A stretch of DNA of 63,481 nucleotides, the filler included, from Octopus bimaculoides (taxonomy: Eukaryota), in NCBI RefSeq assembly GCF_001194135.2. It is 7 parts of 6 records of this genome, joined end to end, with 100 filler letters (N's around TTAATTAATTAA, not from the genome) between each part and the next. Parts side by side here need not be neighbours in the genome. Positions count along the whole stretch, not along the records: positions 24,304 to 54,657 come from NC_068991.1; positions 54,758 to 56,778 come from NW_026401598.1; positions 56,879 to 62,380 come from NC_068984.1; positions 62,481 to 63,481 come from NC_068984.1; 3 more parts are not named here. One strand, written 5' to 3'. Positions within the stretch are counted from its first letter, which is position 1; the number at the start of each line of letters is the position of its first letter. The translations under genes were made by a program, and so were the position numbers. The notes under the pieces were generated by a model. The model saw only the letters and a list, made by a program, of their open reading frames with translations. It was not told where the DNA came from and ran no database searches. Below are positions 51,021 to 63,481 of the stretch, one piece after another.

Positions 51021-53329
51021 CATCATCATCATCATCATCATCATCCAGTGTTTTAAATCTGGGTTTTGTCCCCGTTAAAGGGGGTGGCCGGATCTACACC
51101 AATGCCATAGCAACTGCCCTCATACCATCTTACAATCTTGCCCGATTTCGGGTGTCCTCCCTTCTCAAGCCAACCCTCCCAATCTCCTCCTCCACCTGTT
51201 CCTTCCACGTATTCTTCGGTGATATATATATCATCATCATCATCATCATCATCGTTTAACGTCCACTTTCCATGCTAGCATGGGTTGGACGATTTGACTG
51301 AGGACTGGTGAAACCGGATGGCTACACCAGGCTCCNNNNNNNNNNNNNNNNNNNNNNNNNNNNNNNNNNNNNNNNNNNNNNNNNNNNNNNNNNNNNNNNN
51401 NNNNNNNNNNNNNNNNNNNNNNNNNNNNNNNNNNNNNNNNNNNNNNNNNNNNNNNNNNNNNNNNNNNNNNNNNNNNNNNNNNNNNNNNNNNNNNNNNNNN
51501 NNNNNNNNNNNNNNNNNNNNNNNNNNNNNNNNNNNNNNNNNNNNNNNNNNNNNNNNNNNNNNNNNNNNNNNNNNNNNNNNNNNNNNNNNNNNNNNNNNNN
51601 NNNNNNNNNNNNNNNNNNNNNNNNNNNNNNNNNNNNNNNNNNNNNNNNNNNNNNNNNNNNNNNNNNNNNNNNNNNNNNNNNNNNNNNNNNNNNNNNNNNN
51701 NNNNNNNNNNNNNNNNNNNNNNNNNNNNNNNNNNNNNNNNNNNNNNNNNNNNNNNNNNNNNNNNNNNNNNNNNNNNNNNNNNNNNNNNNNNNNNNNNNNN
51801 NNNNNNNNNNNNNNNNNNNNNNNNNNNNNNNNNNNNNNNNNNNNNNNNNNNNNNNNNNNNNNNNNNNNNNNNNNNNNNNNNNNNNNNNNNNNNNNNNNNN
51901 NNNNNNNNNNNNNNNNNNNNNNNNNNNNNNNNNNNNNNNNNNNNNNNNNNNNNNNNNNNNNNNNNNNNNNNNNNNNNNNNNNNNNNNNNNNNNNNNNNNN
52001 NNNNNNNNNNNNNNNNNNNNNNNNNNNNNNNNNNNNNNNNNNNNNNNNNNNNNNNNNNNNNNNNNNNNNNNNNNNNNNNNNNNNNNNNNNNNNNNNNNNN
52101 NNNNNNNNNNNNNNNNNNNNNNNNNNNNNNNNNNNNNNNNNNNNNNNNNNNNNNNNNNNNNNNNNNNNNNNNNNNNNNNNNNNNNNNNNNNNNNNNNNNN
52201 NNNNNNNNNNNNNNNNNNNNNNNNNNNNNNNNNNNNNNNNNNNNNNNNNNNTCATCATCATCATCATCATCATCCAGTGTTTTAAATCTGGGTTTTGTCC
52301 CCGTTAAAGGGGGTGGCCGGATCTACACCAATGCCATAGCAACTGCCCTCATACCATCTTACAATCTTGCCCGATTTCGGGTGTCCTCCCTTCTCAAGCC
52401 AACCCTCCCAATCTCCTCCTCCACCTGTTCCTTCCACGTATTCTTCGGTGATATATATATCATCATCATCATCATCATTATCTAGCCAAGCTTAATCCAC
52501 ACATGATATCCATCTTTAATCCACACATGGTATCCATCTTTGTCCTCTATTAGTTGAGGCCGTCTCAGAACCAAGGCACATGAAATCCTCAACTTGGTTG
52601 ATGGGATCTCCACCAGTGTTGGATCCTTGATGATTGGGAGCAATGAGTTTGGTAAGTAAACATATACTTGGGTCTATGTTAGGCAGGTCCTCCTTCTATG
52701 TATTCTCTGCATTCAGCAACCTTTCCTAGTGGCACTTCTATGCCTCCTTCTTTGCAGAGTCACTAACTGCAAGTGAGCCCTCATCCATGCGAACACACTT
52801 CTCTCTTATAACATCTCAGTTTTCTCTTTGAAACGTTGTCTTGCAATCTGAAACACCTCAAGTCTCTGGCCCTCATACCACAGAACATTGGCAAACTTCT
52901 TCCTTTCTGCTTCCCCCTAGGCTAAGTTGGACAGTTTGACTGAAAACTGGCAAGCAAAGAGGCTGCACCAGGCTCAATCTGTTTTTGGGTATTTTTTATG
53001 TGCCACCAGCATTGGAGCCAGTCAAGCAGCACTGGCATCAACCATGCTCGGATGGTGCCTTTTATGTGTCACTGGCACAGGTGCCAATCAGGCGACACTG
53101 GCACCAACCACGCTTGAATGATGTTTTTTACATGTCACTGGCACAGGAGCCAGCCAGGTGGCACTGGTATTGACCACACTTGAATGATGCTTTTATGTGC
53201 CACTGGCATGAGTGCCATTCAGGTGGCACNNNNNNNNNNNNNNNNNNNNNNNNNNNNNNNNNNNNNNNNNNNNNNNNNNNNNNNNNNNNNNNNNNNNNNN
53301 NNNNNNNNNNNNNNNNNNNNNNNNNNNNN

Positions 53330-53375
<46 letters not shown>

Positions 53376-53376
<1 letters not shown>

Positions 53377-54604
53377 AGAAGGTGTGTAAGATATTTGAGG
53401 ATAAATTTATGTTTATAAAAGAACAGCTATATAATAATAGATAATAACTTTATCAAAAAATGCTATAAGGATAAAAATAAACCTTCTTTTTTATAACGTT
53501 ATTTAATAAAGCCACCTTCAGCTTCAATAACTGCTTTTATATGAGATCTTAATCATCTACATGCCCAAATCAAGTGATCCTGGTTCATTTTGGACATTAC
53601 TCTGATTATGGCAGCTTTCAAAGTATCTTTGGTGTTATGTGAGTGTTCATTGACCTCTATCTCAACAACACTCCACAAGTATTAGTCCAATGGATTGAGA
53701 TCTGTGGAATTAGGAGGCCAAATGTTAGGGGTTATGTGATCATGAAAATTTTCAGCCATCCATTCCTGTGTTACTAGAGCCATGTGTGATAGTGCAGAGT
53801 CTTACTGAAACATATATAACCTTCTATTGCATACACTATCCAGGGTGTAACAATTATTTCCAGGACCTCAATGCAGGTGGCAGAGTTAACTCTAAAGCCT
53901 TGTGAAAAGAAGTAATGAAGAATCACATGTCCTTCGTTACTGACAACTCTTATAACCACGACAGTTGTAGGAAATTTTGTAAGCATAACACTTGGAATTT
54001 CAGAAGGGTCTGCACATAACCATCTGTCATTTCTTCTGTTAACTTTTTGATCTTGGTCAAAGTTTTTCTTGTTTGAGAAAAACCAAATCAAATCTTCTTC
54101 TGCTTGATTTTTCTGTTTGTTTAAGAGCTTTTTAGATTTGATGTAGTGATTTTCTTTGACTTTTTCTGACAAATTGACCTTTCCTCGTCATATAAGACTT
54201 ATATTTGATGCTTTCATGGACAACATTTCTGATTGTTCCTTCTGACACATGGAAATCTTCCTGGGATACTAATCAATGGTTTGTTGAACTTGCTGGATAA
54301 ATTCAGGTGTTCTGATGAGCATTTATAATGCTTTTATGCTTTGATACTGGTGATATGTTTCCATCTTCAGTTTCAAGCTCCTTACAAACTTGTAGATGAA
54401 AGATCTGGCAACTTTAAAAAATTGAGATATTTCTAAATCACTATGCTCAGCCTTTATAACCACAATAAGAGCATGCCTCTTCATTCTTCAGTAAGCTGAG
54501 GGTCTGGCATTATTATTATCTGAAACAAAGATTATACAGAGTTAGCAACAAATGCAGCAATGACCCAAAAAAGGTATGTCCCCTCAAATACCTTACACAC
54601 CCTG
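53376..54604 (-). mobile_element. Full-length decayed Tc1/mariner element related to 31508-32736
   Basis: TIRs cagaaggtgtgtaagatatttgagg / cctcaaataccttacacaccctg; FFSNKKNFDQDQKVNRRNDRWL and WPPNSTDLNPLD. Confidence 0.85.
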
Positions 54605-57309
54605 TGTGTATATTTGTAGATATATATGTATGTATGTATATATATATATATATATATNNNNNNNNNNNNNNNNNNNNNNNNNNNNNNNNNNNNNNNNNNN
54701 NTTAATTAATTAANNNNNNNNNNNNNNNNNNNNNNNNNNNNNNNNNNNNNNNNNNNNATATATATAAATGCGTGTGTATATATATGAATGTTTATATATA
54801 TAAATATTTATATATGAAGAAATTATGTCACGAACTTCATCAGCTTACAGCTGTTTCTGCTTTAAGATACAATGCACTCGCATTTGAATACTTGTGAATC
54901 ACGCTATTGCTTCATCGGAGCATCGAACCCGAACTTGGTGACATAATTTCTTTCCCTTTATCATTTCACTTTCTTATACATAGGTGCAGGAGTGGCTGTG
55001 TTGTAAGTAGCTTGCTTACCAATCGCATGGCTCCGGATTCTGTTCCACTGCGTGGCACTTTGACATGTATGCATATAATTCTTCATTCTTCGTGTGTTAT
55101 TGCTGTTACACCCTTTTGTTTAGAGAAGCAACCAATCGATTGGTCAAGAACCTTGGATTTACACTTTGTATGGGTCACCCTTGTATTTAACTTATGTGGA
55201 TTACTGCATTCTTCAACAGAGATTTTATTAGATAGGATTAACGGATGGAATGTAGATTAGGGTATTTAGCCTGGATTTCTTCAATCCTTTTCCTTCACTA
55301 TATATATANNNNNNNNNNNNNNNNNNNNNNNNNNNNNNNNNNNNNNNNNNNNNNNNNNNNNNNNNNNNNNNNNNNNNNNNNNNNNNNNNNNNNNNNNNNN
55401 NNNNNNNNNNNNNNNNNNNNNNNNNNNNNNNNNNNNNNNNNNNNNNNNNNNNNNNNNNNNNNNNNNNNNNNNNNNNNNNNNNNNNNNNNNNNNNNNNNNN
55501 NNNNNNNNNNNNNNNNNNNNNNNNNNNNNNNNNNNNNNNNNNNNNNNNNNNNNNNNNNNNNNNNNNNNNNNNNNNNNNNNNNNNNNNNNNNNNNNNNNNN
55601 NNNNNNNNNNNNNNNNNNNNNNNNNNNNNNNNNNNNNNNNNNNNNNNNNNNNNNNNNNNNNNNNNNNNNNNNNNNNNNNNNNNNNNNNNNNNNNNNNNNN
55701 NNNNNNNNNNNNNNNNNNNNNNNNNNNNNNNNNNNNNNNNNNNNNNNNNNNNNNNNNNNNNNNNNNNNNNNNNNNNNNNNNNNNNNNNNNNNNNNNNNNN
55801 NNNNNNNNNNNNNNNNNNNNNNNNNNNNNNNNNNNNNNNNNNNNNNNNNNNNNNNNNNNNNNNNNNNNNNNNNNNNNTATATCTCGAACGTTAGCACTGT
55901 ATTTCCGTTGTTGGCGAACAACTGTCTATATTTGTCATTCCTAAATTTCTATTTTACTTTAGCTTTACTGTGATTCTCTTGTAGATTCCCAGAAGCAACA
56001 GGAAAACCACAGCACAAACTAAGGAAAAATATAATAAAAATTATGAAACCATTAATATATCTGTGGGAAGAATATATATCATTTCCTCAAGAAATCATGC
56101 AGAATACACGTTTCAAATAAAAATTCAGAAAATTGTCAGCCAGTTCTATTTACTTCTTCGTTTCTTTTACTTTTGTGTCGAAGAATGAAGCAGAAATCAC
56201 GAAGAGACATCAAGCGGTTTTGAAATTTTGGGAGACGTTTGACTTAACATTTTATTTGTTTCTAATATCTTTGCCTGACTCTAAGAATTTTCAACGACAT
56301 AATTTAATGTGTCATCATTGCTGAGGTTAAACTTAGTTTAAAAAATGAAATTAGGTTTTTGATATGGCTAAATAACTATCACATTATGTTTTCAGATAAT
56401 GACGAAAATGGAAGCCAACGATCAGATACTATTCCAATGAAGAATTTTTCCAAAACAATTTGGTTTTATCTGTAGATATTCATCACTCACAAATTTACTG
56501 TAATATTGATTAATAAACAAACTTTGGTGCTTGTTCCTGTTTTGATATTTTGGTCTCTTCGAGATTTAACATGCAGCCCTCTATCTCAGGCAAATTTTAA
56601 ATCTGAAACAAAAGAAAAATCTATTCTCAATCAAACACATGCATGCATCACATACTCACACGTACATGCACAGATAAACACGCACACACGCACACACACA
56701 CGCACATACACACGCACACATACGCACGCGCATACACACATACACACACATGTTCGCACAAGTAATATATATATATATNNNNNNNNNNNNNNNNNNNNNN
56801 NNNNNNNNNNNNNNNNNNNNNNTTAATTAATTAANNNNNNNNNNNNNNNNNNNNNNNNNNNNNNNNNNNNNNNNNNNNATATATATATATATATACATGT
56901 ATATGTGTATGTGTGTGTGTGTTCGGGTGTGTATGTACGTAGGTATGACGTTGCACAGTATTATTTCAAGATTTTTTGTCAATAGAGAAAGAGCCAGTTT
57001 CTAACCTAGATCCGAGGCTCCTTCATTGGAATTTCAATATCAACAACAGGGTATTTTTGTTTATATGTATGTACTTATGTATGTATGTATGTATGTATGT
57101 ATGTATGTATGTATGTATGTATGTATGCATGCATGCATGTATGTATGTATGTATTTATGTATGTATGTATGTGTGTGCGCGTATATATGCGTGCGTTTGT
57201 GTGAGCGTGTGCGTGCGTGTGTGTGTGTGTATCATTCAATATTTTATGCGTCTCAGCCCGAAGTCTGTAGCCGTGCTGGGATACCGCCTGTATTATTATG
57301 TGATTAGCT

Positions 57310-57760
57310 TTTGGTGACGGAGGGTGGTTGATATTGCTGCTCCTTTGTTTGAGTTTGTTGTCGTGATGTAGGTTTATCTGAGACCGTCGTCAAGTTGTTT
57401 GTTGAAAATATCTGCCCCTACTCCATGTAGATCTCTCAGATATTTTGGCAAAGTATTAAATAACCGTACGCCCTTGAGACCAAAGCTATTGCAGTACATT
57501 TAGACGGGATAGCTGAGACATTTGGAACAGTGCAATGACGTCCAGTAGAGGCTAATATAGGTCTCGATGGCAAAGTTTGATGCCACCAACTTCAGGATTT
57601 TCCTTAACTATATCGCTGCGTATCTCTCCTGTCTTTGCTCTAGTGTGTAGAGTCGTAGCTTTTCTAGTCTCTTCTAGAATCACAACTGTTTCATTGACGC
57701 AATCTTCCTTTGTAGCATCACTGAACTGCCTCGCGTTCCGTTATTCATTTGACACTTTGG
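57310..57760 (-). mobile_element. CR1-like LINE 3' end relic
   Basis: KRLEKLRLYTLEQRQERY..KILK and RLFNTLPKYLRDLHGV motifs with stops. Confidence 0.65.
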
Positions 57761-58059
57761 GGTGACCACAGTTGAGAGTAGTAGCCCAGAGGATTGAGGA
57801 CTTATATCCTCCATAGAACCAGTACAGTTTCTCTGTCTCTTATTCCGAAAGTTCTCAGCTTCTATCCGGCCACTCGCTTGTACTTTGCTAGCATCTTGGT
57901 GATACATAAGCAACTGTAAGACTATATCTCTTCCCTTATAAATGTCCTGAAAACTCCTCACAGCCTTGGCTTTGTTATCTCTTTTTGTCTAATACATGTT
58001 TGTGTGTGTGTACGATTTTCCTCTATTGATTGATTGACCTCTCCTTGCACTTGCAGCCT

Positions 58060-58520
58060 GATTTTGCTGGTTCTTCCTGATCACCATGCTCTCGAAAGTT
58101 TGGAGTCGTACAAAGTTTGAATTGTTTCCAAATGAATTTTTGTCCATTCCTCAGCTAAAACAGTCTCCAGTTCCTGTAGTGATAATGATGGAGGATATCG
58201 ACTCCTTAATTGTTTTTTCTAAAATGCACTATAAATGTTCAATAATATTGAGATCTGTGGTGGCCAGATAAGATGTTCCTCGTGTCATTCAGTAACAACT
58301 TTGGTTGTGTGAATTGGTGCATTATCATGCTGAAAGATTGCTTTTCCCTCTGGAAATAATTCCGCAAACACTGAATGAATTTGATCAGATAAAATGCTTA
58401 AATAGACTTGACTATCAACTCTGCCATGAAGGGAAACCATTGGGCAGGAGGGTTAGCACTCCAGATCATCACAGATCCTCCTCCGTGTTTAACAGTTGAT
58501 AGAGGGCAGTCTAGGTCAAA
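58060..58520 (-). mobile_element. Tc1 (DD34E-type) transposase relic
   Basis: EGKAIFQHDNAPIHT...WPP-DLNIIEHL on the minus strand with frameshifts. Confidence 0.75.
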
Positions 58521-59342
58521 TGCTTCTTTTGGCTGTCTCTACATGTATACTNNNNNNNNNNNNNNNNNNNNNNNNNNNNNNNNNNNNNNNNNNNNNNNNN
58601 NNNNNNNNNNNNNNNNNNNNNNNNNNNNNNNNNNNNNNNNNNNNNNNNNNNNNNNNNNNNNNNNNNNNNNNNNNNNNNNNNNNNNNNNNNNNNNNNNNNN
58701 NNNNNNNNNNNNNNNNNNNNNNNNNNNNNNNNNNNNNNNNNNNNNNNNNNNNNNNNNNNNNNNNNNNNNNNNNNNNNNNNNNNNNNNNNNNNNNNNNNNN
58801 NNNNNNNNNNNNNNNNNNNNNNNNNNNNNNNNNNNNNNNNNNNNNNNNNNNNNNNNNNNNNNNNNNNNNNNNNNNNNNNNNNNNNNNNNNNNNNNNNNNN
58901 NNNNNNNNNNNNNNNNNNNNNNNNNNNNNNNNNNNNNNNNNNNNNNNNNNNNNNNNNNNNNNNNNNNNNNNNNNNNNNNNNNNNNNNNNNNNNNNNNNNN
59001 NNNNNNNNNNNNNNNNNNNNNNNNNNNNNNNNNNNNNNNNNNNNNNNNNNNNNNNNNNNNNNNNNNNNNNNNNNNNNNNNNNNNNNNNNNNNNNNNNNNN
59101 NNNNNNNNNNNNNNNNNNNNNNNNNNNNNNNNNNNNNNNNNNNNNNNNNNNNNNNNNNNNNNNNNNNNNNNNNNNNNNNNNNNNNNNNNNNNNNNNNNNN
59201 NNNNNNNNNNNNNNNNNNNNNNNNNNNNNNNNNNNNNNNNNNNNNNNNNNNNNNNNNNNNNNNNNNNNNNNNNNNNNNNNNNNNNNNNNNNNNNNNNNNN
59301 NNNNNNNNNNNNNNNNNNNNNNNNNNNNNNNNNNNNNNNNNN

Positions 59343-59392
<50 letters not shown>

Positions 59393-59397
59393 CGCGC

Positions 59398-59429
<32 letters not shown>

Positions 59430-60175
59430 GTGAGAGAAAGAGAGGGAGAGAATAGGGATAGAAAGAAACAGTTTCATTCATTTTTCAACTAGCTGATATA
59501 TTCCTTCAAAATTCTATCTATATTGATTAAGTGTCCGTTCTTTTTTAATCTATTTATTTACATTACATATATATATATATATATATGCATATATATGAAT
59601 TCATTTATGTATCTATTCATTAATTTCATAAAACGCATCTGTCTAGACAAGTATTCTTTGACATTGCTTTGCAAAATTTACGATTCTATAATTTCATAAA
59701 GTTTAAAACTGTCACTAATTTTTTCTTCCTCTCTTTTAATATTAAATCAATGTTTTCCAGTAAACGAGGTCTCATTTATAAACATATTTATTTATTTATT
59801 CTGCTATTATTTTATTTTTACTTTGTGAGATAATATTCTATCTTTCATACAGAAAGAGATATCCAATAGGAGGGGGAAGAAATAGCAAGAACCTTTAGAG
59901 AGTGAAGCTTAAAATCTCCAGAAAGAATAATTTAATGACAAAAGAAAATAAAGCATCAACAAAAAGAAAGGAGGAAGAAAAAGCAGCCAATAAATAATTT
60001 ATTTTCTAACGTAAAAACATAAAATGTAAAATCATAAAATAAACCGAAACGAATATCTATTCTGACCTCCAAAATGATCTTCGAATCTAAAATAATATTT
60101 TGTTTGCTAACTCGCAGTTTAAACCAATTTCATTTTGTTTCTTAGTCGAAGAATTATTTATGTTGTTATGCATTA

Positions 60176-60311
<136 letters not shown>

Positions 60312-60675
60312 TGTATTTTATTTTTTTATTCTTTGGTTAAAGTAAATAATAGTTTTTTTTATTTATTTCTGGTAAGAAACAATATTTACATGAAAAATAA
60401 TTTCGAAAGTGAAAAAAAACAAAACATAAATGAAATATAAGAGAAACAGATTGAGATAAAGATAGAAAAAAATAAGAAGTAAATAGAATATGAAATTTTC
60501 TCAATTCATTCTATTATACATTTTCCAATTTACCACTTTTCCTAACCTGATAATCGTTTTATCGGTTTGCAAAGTCTGACATCTGACATTAAAAGAGCGA
60601 GTCAAAAGATTAATTTTTATTGCTATTCATTTGCATTTTCTTCCACTTTTTTTTTTATTTCTTCGTTTTTGTTTT

Positions 60676-60762
60676 TTACATTATTTCACATCGAGTCTTG
60701 TTTGGTACGGACAATTGAAACGAGAGTGAGGTGTGAGCACTTCTATTGTAGCCGAGACCACA
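60676..60762 (-). CDS. Candidate terminal exon ending in a CaaX-like motif
   Basis: aaatctttag|CGLGYNRSAHTSLSFQLSVPNKTRCEIM-TAA, in phase with 61639-61731; weak acceptor. Confidence 0.25.
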   Translation of the reverse strand, partial: CGLGYNRSAHTSLSFQLSVPNKTRCEIM

Positions 60763-61638
60763 CTAAAGATTTAAACTTCAACAATTCAACATAGACACAA
60801 TAATTGTTAATTATACAGTGTTTCATGTGCCAAGAATAAAAGAGAAATTCATCAAGGAAACTAAAATAACAACATACAAATTTCGACAGCATAATATCTG
60901 ATGAACCCAAAAAGGAAACACTATGCTTTCGTTTGAATTACGAGACTTTGCAGACAAGACCTTTAGATTTTAAATAGCCTTAATAAAATCTAGGACATAC
61001 TGGATGATGTAGACTTGGATACATAAAATGGCGAGATGGTTAAGGGCAAAACAAGTTTCATCATAGGTTTGTGATCAATACTGAGATGGATTTACTCAAA
61101 CACATAGTTGATACTAGAATTATTGTCAACTCTTTAGGGCAAAGTGGGCTGGATGTAGCAATAGGTGGATTTCTGATTCAACCAGTCAGGTACAATAGCT
61201 ATTTATATAGTTTTTGAATTCTAAGCACATGCTAAGATCACATTGAAATGGTTTGCTTCGAAACAAACACTCTTCCACCCTGATGATGATGATGATAATG
61301 ATGATGATGATGATGATGATGAAGTAGAACAGGTTATGCATAAGTATTGCCCCTTCTAGTATTACACAAATTTCCCTCGTTTTTCATAGAAATTATGACT
61401 GTAAGCAGGTCTTATGTTTAACATACGTATGATTTGGGAGAAGGAGTAAAATCAATTAAGAAGGAGACAGACAAATGTTGAGGGAGGCGTTAATAAGAGA
61501 GAATGAGAGAAAAAGAGAAAAGAGTTTATTATTGAACATGTGTTGCTTTTGATTTGCGCTTAAGGCTTGGAGAAAAAAAAGAACAGAACCCAAGATTTGG
61601 CCGGTATTTTGAAGACAGGTAAGATCGTTACTGCTTAC

Positions 61639-61731
61639 ATTTAGTTTGAACGTCTTTAAGGATACATCCGAAGATAAAGGGTTCAGCGAAGAACGACATT
61701 TTCTGGTTGGACCCTTTAGATTGTGTTGGGC
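61639..61731 (-). CDS. Candidate 93-nt exon of an unidentified gene
   Basis: tctttctcgttgttcag|...aaat|gtaagc; phase-0 frame AQHNLKGPTRKCRSSLNPLSSDVSLKTFKLN is open. No family recognised. Confidence 0.35.
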
Positions 61732-62512
61732 CTGAACAACGAGAAAGATTTCAGTTATAATAGCCTTTTATTAAGAAACAATAGACTTCATCTTATTTGC
61801 TGAAGTAGTGAAGAGAGAATGACTAAACTCATGTACAATATTGTGCAAGTGTAGGGGTGAAAAAGTGGTTTATTAAAAAATATATATCCCTGAGGTGTTT
61901 AATGCTCACTGTAGTAAATATACTATCACTAACTTAGCTATTCATATTCACGCAGATGGCTTTCCCGACGAATTAAACTCAGTGACCATTTTTTGATTCC
62001 TTTAAAGGTCATCTTTAAATTTCCACAATGTTTTTTTTCTCTTGTTCCTTGTCCATCTTCTCGAAAGATGTATATGAGTTGGTACACTATTGATATGCGA
62101 CATATATTTCGACACCTTTTCCTTTGTTGTTCGTTTTCGTTATTTAGCAATTGTTAAACCTGGTCATGTTTTCCAGATGCAATAGGTAGGTCTCTCTTTG
62201 TCCTAATCATCACCACCAGCACCACCACAACCACCACAACCACCACCACCCTCTTCCTTGTCTTCTTCTTTTTCTTCCTTTTCTACTTGTTCTTGTTCTT
62301 CTTGTTCTTCTTGTTCTTCTTGTTCTTCTTGTTCTTCTTTTTTCTTCTTTCTTCCACCTTCCTTTAATTCTTTCTTTCTTNNNNNNNNNNNNNNNNNNNN
62401 NNNNNNNNNNNNNNNNNNNNNNNNTTAATTAATTAANNNNNNNNNNNNNNNNNNNNNNNNNNNNNNNNNNNNNNNNNNNNATATGTGTGTGTGTGTGTGT
62501 GTGAGTGTGTGT

Positions 62513-62559
<47 letters not shown>

Positions 62560-62765
62560 AAAGATGTTTTGGTATCCAGAAGACCCAAATGGCAGGTAAG
62601 GCTATGTAAGTGCTACGGAAGAACCGCTGTTAAGCTGCCGGTTCAATAATAGTATGAGTAAGGAGTCTAAGACAAGTCATGTGTGAGCGTGTATATGTTA
62701 AGCAAAATAATATAATAAGACCAAGACAATTTGACATTTCTTGGACATTTGTAAATAGAAAGGTG

Positions 62766-62813
62766 GTCTTACAGCTGTTTCAGGGAAATAAACGATATCC
62801 CATCATCAGAGAC
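62766..62813 (-). ncRNA. Type I hammerhead ribozyme motif (inverted sister copy)
   Basis: gtct-CTGATGA-t-ggga...tccc-t-GAAA-cagctg-TA-agac on the minus strand. Confidence 0.75.
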
Positions 62814-63098
62814 TAGTTAAAAGAGCTTCAATAGAAGAAATTAATAGAGTTAATTTTTTTAGAAGTTATTCTGGAGAGGGAGAGATATACAAGAAATTAG
62901 ATATAATGCAGAAAGTGTGAAAGGAAAAAATGAAAATAAAAAAGAAAAATATGTAAGTAAAAAAAGAAATATGAAAATAAAAATATATATTTTCCTTTTA
63001 TACTTTCTTCATTATATCTTGTATATCTCCCCCTCTCCAGAATATCTTCTTCTTAAAAATGAACTCTAATTCCTTCTATTGAAGCTCTCTTTCAACTC

Positions 63099-63146
63099 GT
63101 CTCTGATGATAGGATATCATTTATTTCTCCGAAACAGCTGTAAGAC
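63099..63146 (+). ncRNA. Type I hammerhead ribozyme motif
   Basis: gtct-CTGATGA-t-agga...tcc-GAAA-cagctg-TA-agac: stem I gtct/agac, palindromic ACAGCUGU stem III, GUA triplet. Confidence 0.75.
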
Positions 63147-63258
63147 CACCTTTCTATTTATAAATGTCATAGGAATATCAAATTGCCTTAGCCTTGTTAT
63201 CTTATTTTACTTAACATACACACACACACGCTCGCACACTCGCACACACACCCACACC

Positions 63259-63292
<34 letters not shown>

Positions 63293-63481
63293 CACACACA
63301 CATCAGCGTCACTCGGACTCATCACAGATTTCGCATAAGACATGCATGCTCGAAGAATTTCACGTTTTTCCTCTTTATTTCTAGCCTTGAATAGCTTATT
63401 TTTTTTTATCTCTAGCATTATGTCTTTCTCCATTTCTAAGGGTAAAAGTAAAGTAACACTGCAAAACCCAACTGATCTTCA

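Larger units (their letters stand above)
62723..63189. mobile_element. Inverted pair of Penelope-like terminal repeats
   Basis: 62723-62918 is a diverged reverse complement of 63001-63189; each arm holds a hammerhead motif. Confidence 0.75.

Noticed and set aside
52252-52480. Exact repeat of about 51025-51255
   Set aside because: Identical copies either side of one gap, differing only in microsatellite length: likely assembly or allelic artefact.
62177-62185. ttttccag|ATGCAATAG|gtaggt micro-exon-like signal
   Set aside because: Such signals arise by chance; no partner exons identified.

Overview
Eukaryotic draft-genome DNA, not prokaryotic: AT-rich, full of microsatellites, tRNA-derived SINEs, RTE/CR1/Penelope-like retroelement debris and Tc1/mariner relics, with many N gaps. 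The repeat landscape suggests an octopod cephalopod (inference). Two spliced genes are well supported and lie head-to-head. On the minus strand is a dCTP pyrophosphatase 1 (DCTPP1) gene with four coding exons read (20157-19877, 18811-18701, 16058-16024, 14847-14731) and one more exon predicted inside the gap at 15139-15649. On the plus strand is the Golgi PAPS transporter SLC35B2 (27294-27498 joined to 33627-34723, 433 aa). The best lead is that DCTPP1 exon 1 begins with about 54 aa that look like a Tc1/mariner transposase N-terminal helix-turn-helix (DUF4817-like) in frame with the enzyme, a candidate host-transposase fusion. The second theme is seven hammerhead-ribozyme-like motifs (intact or degenerate), including one inside a tRNA-headed SINE-like element and an inverted pair. 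No CRISPR array, rRNA or intact tRNA gene is supported. All homology calls come from reading the sequence and remembered family motifs; no searches were run, and repeat boundaries are approximate.
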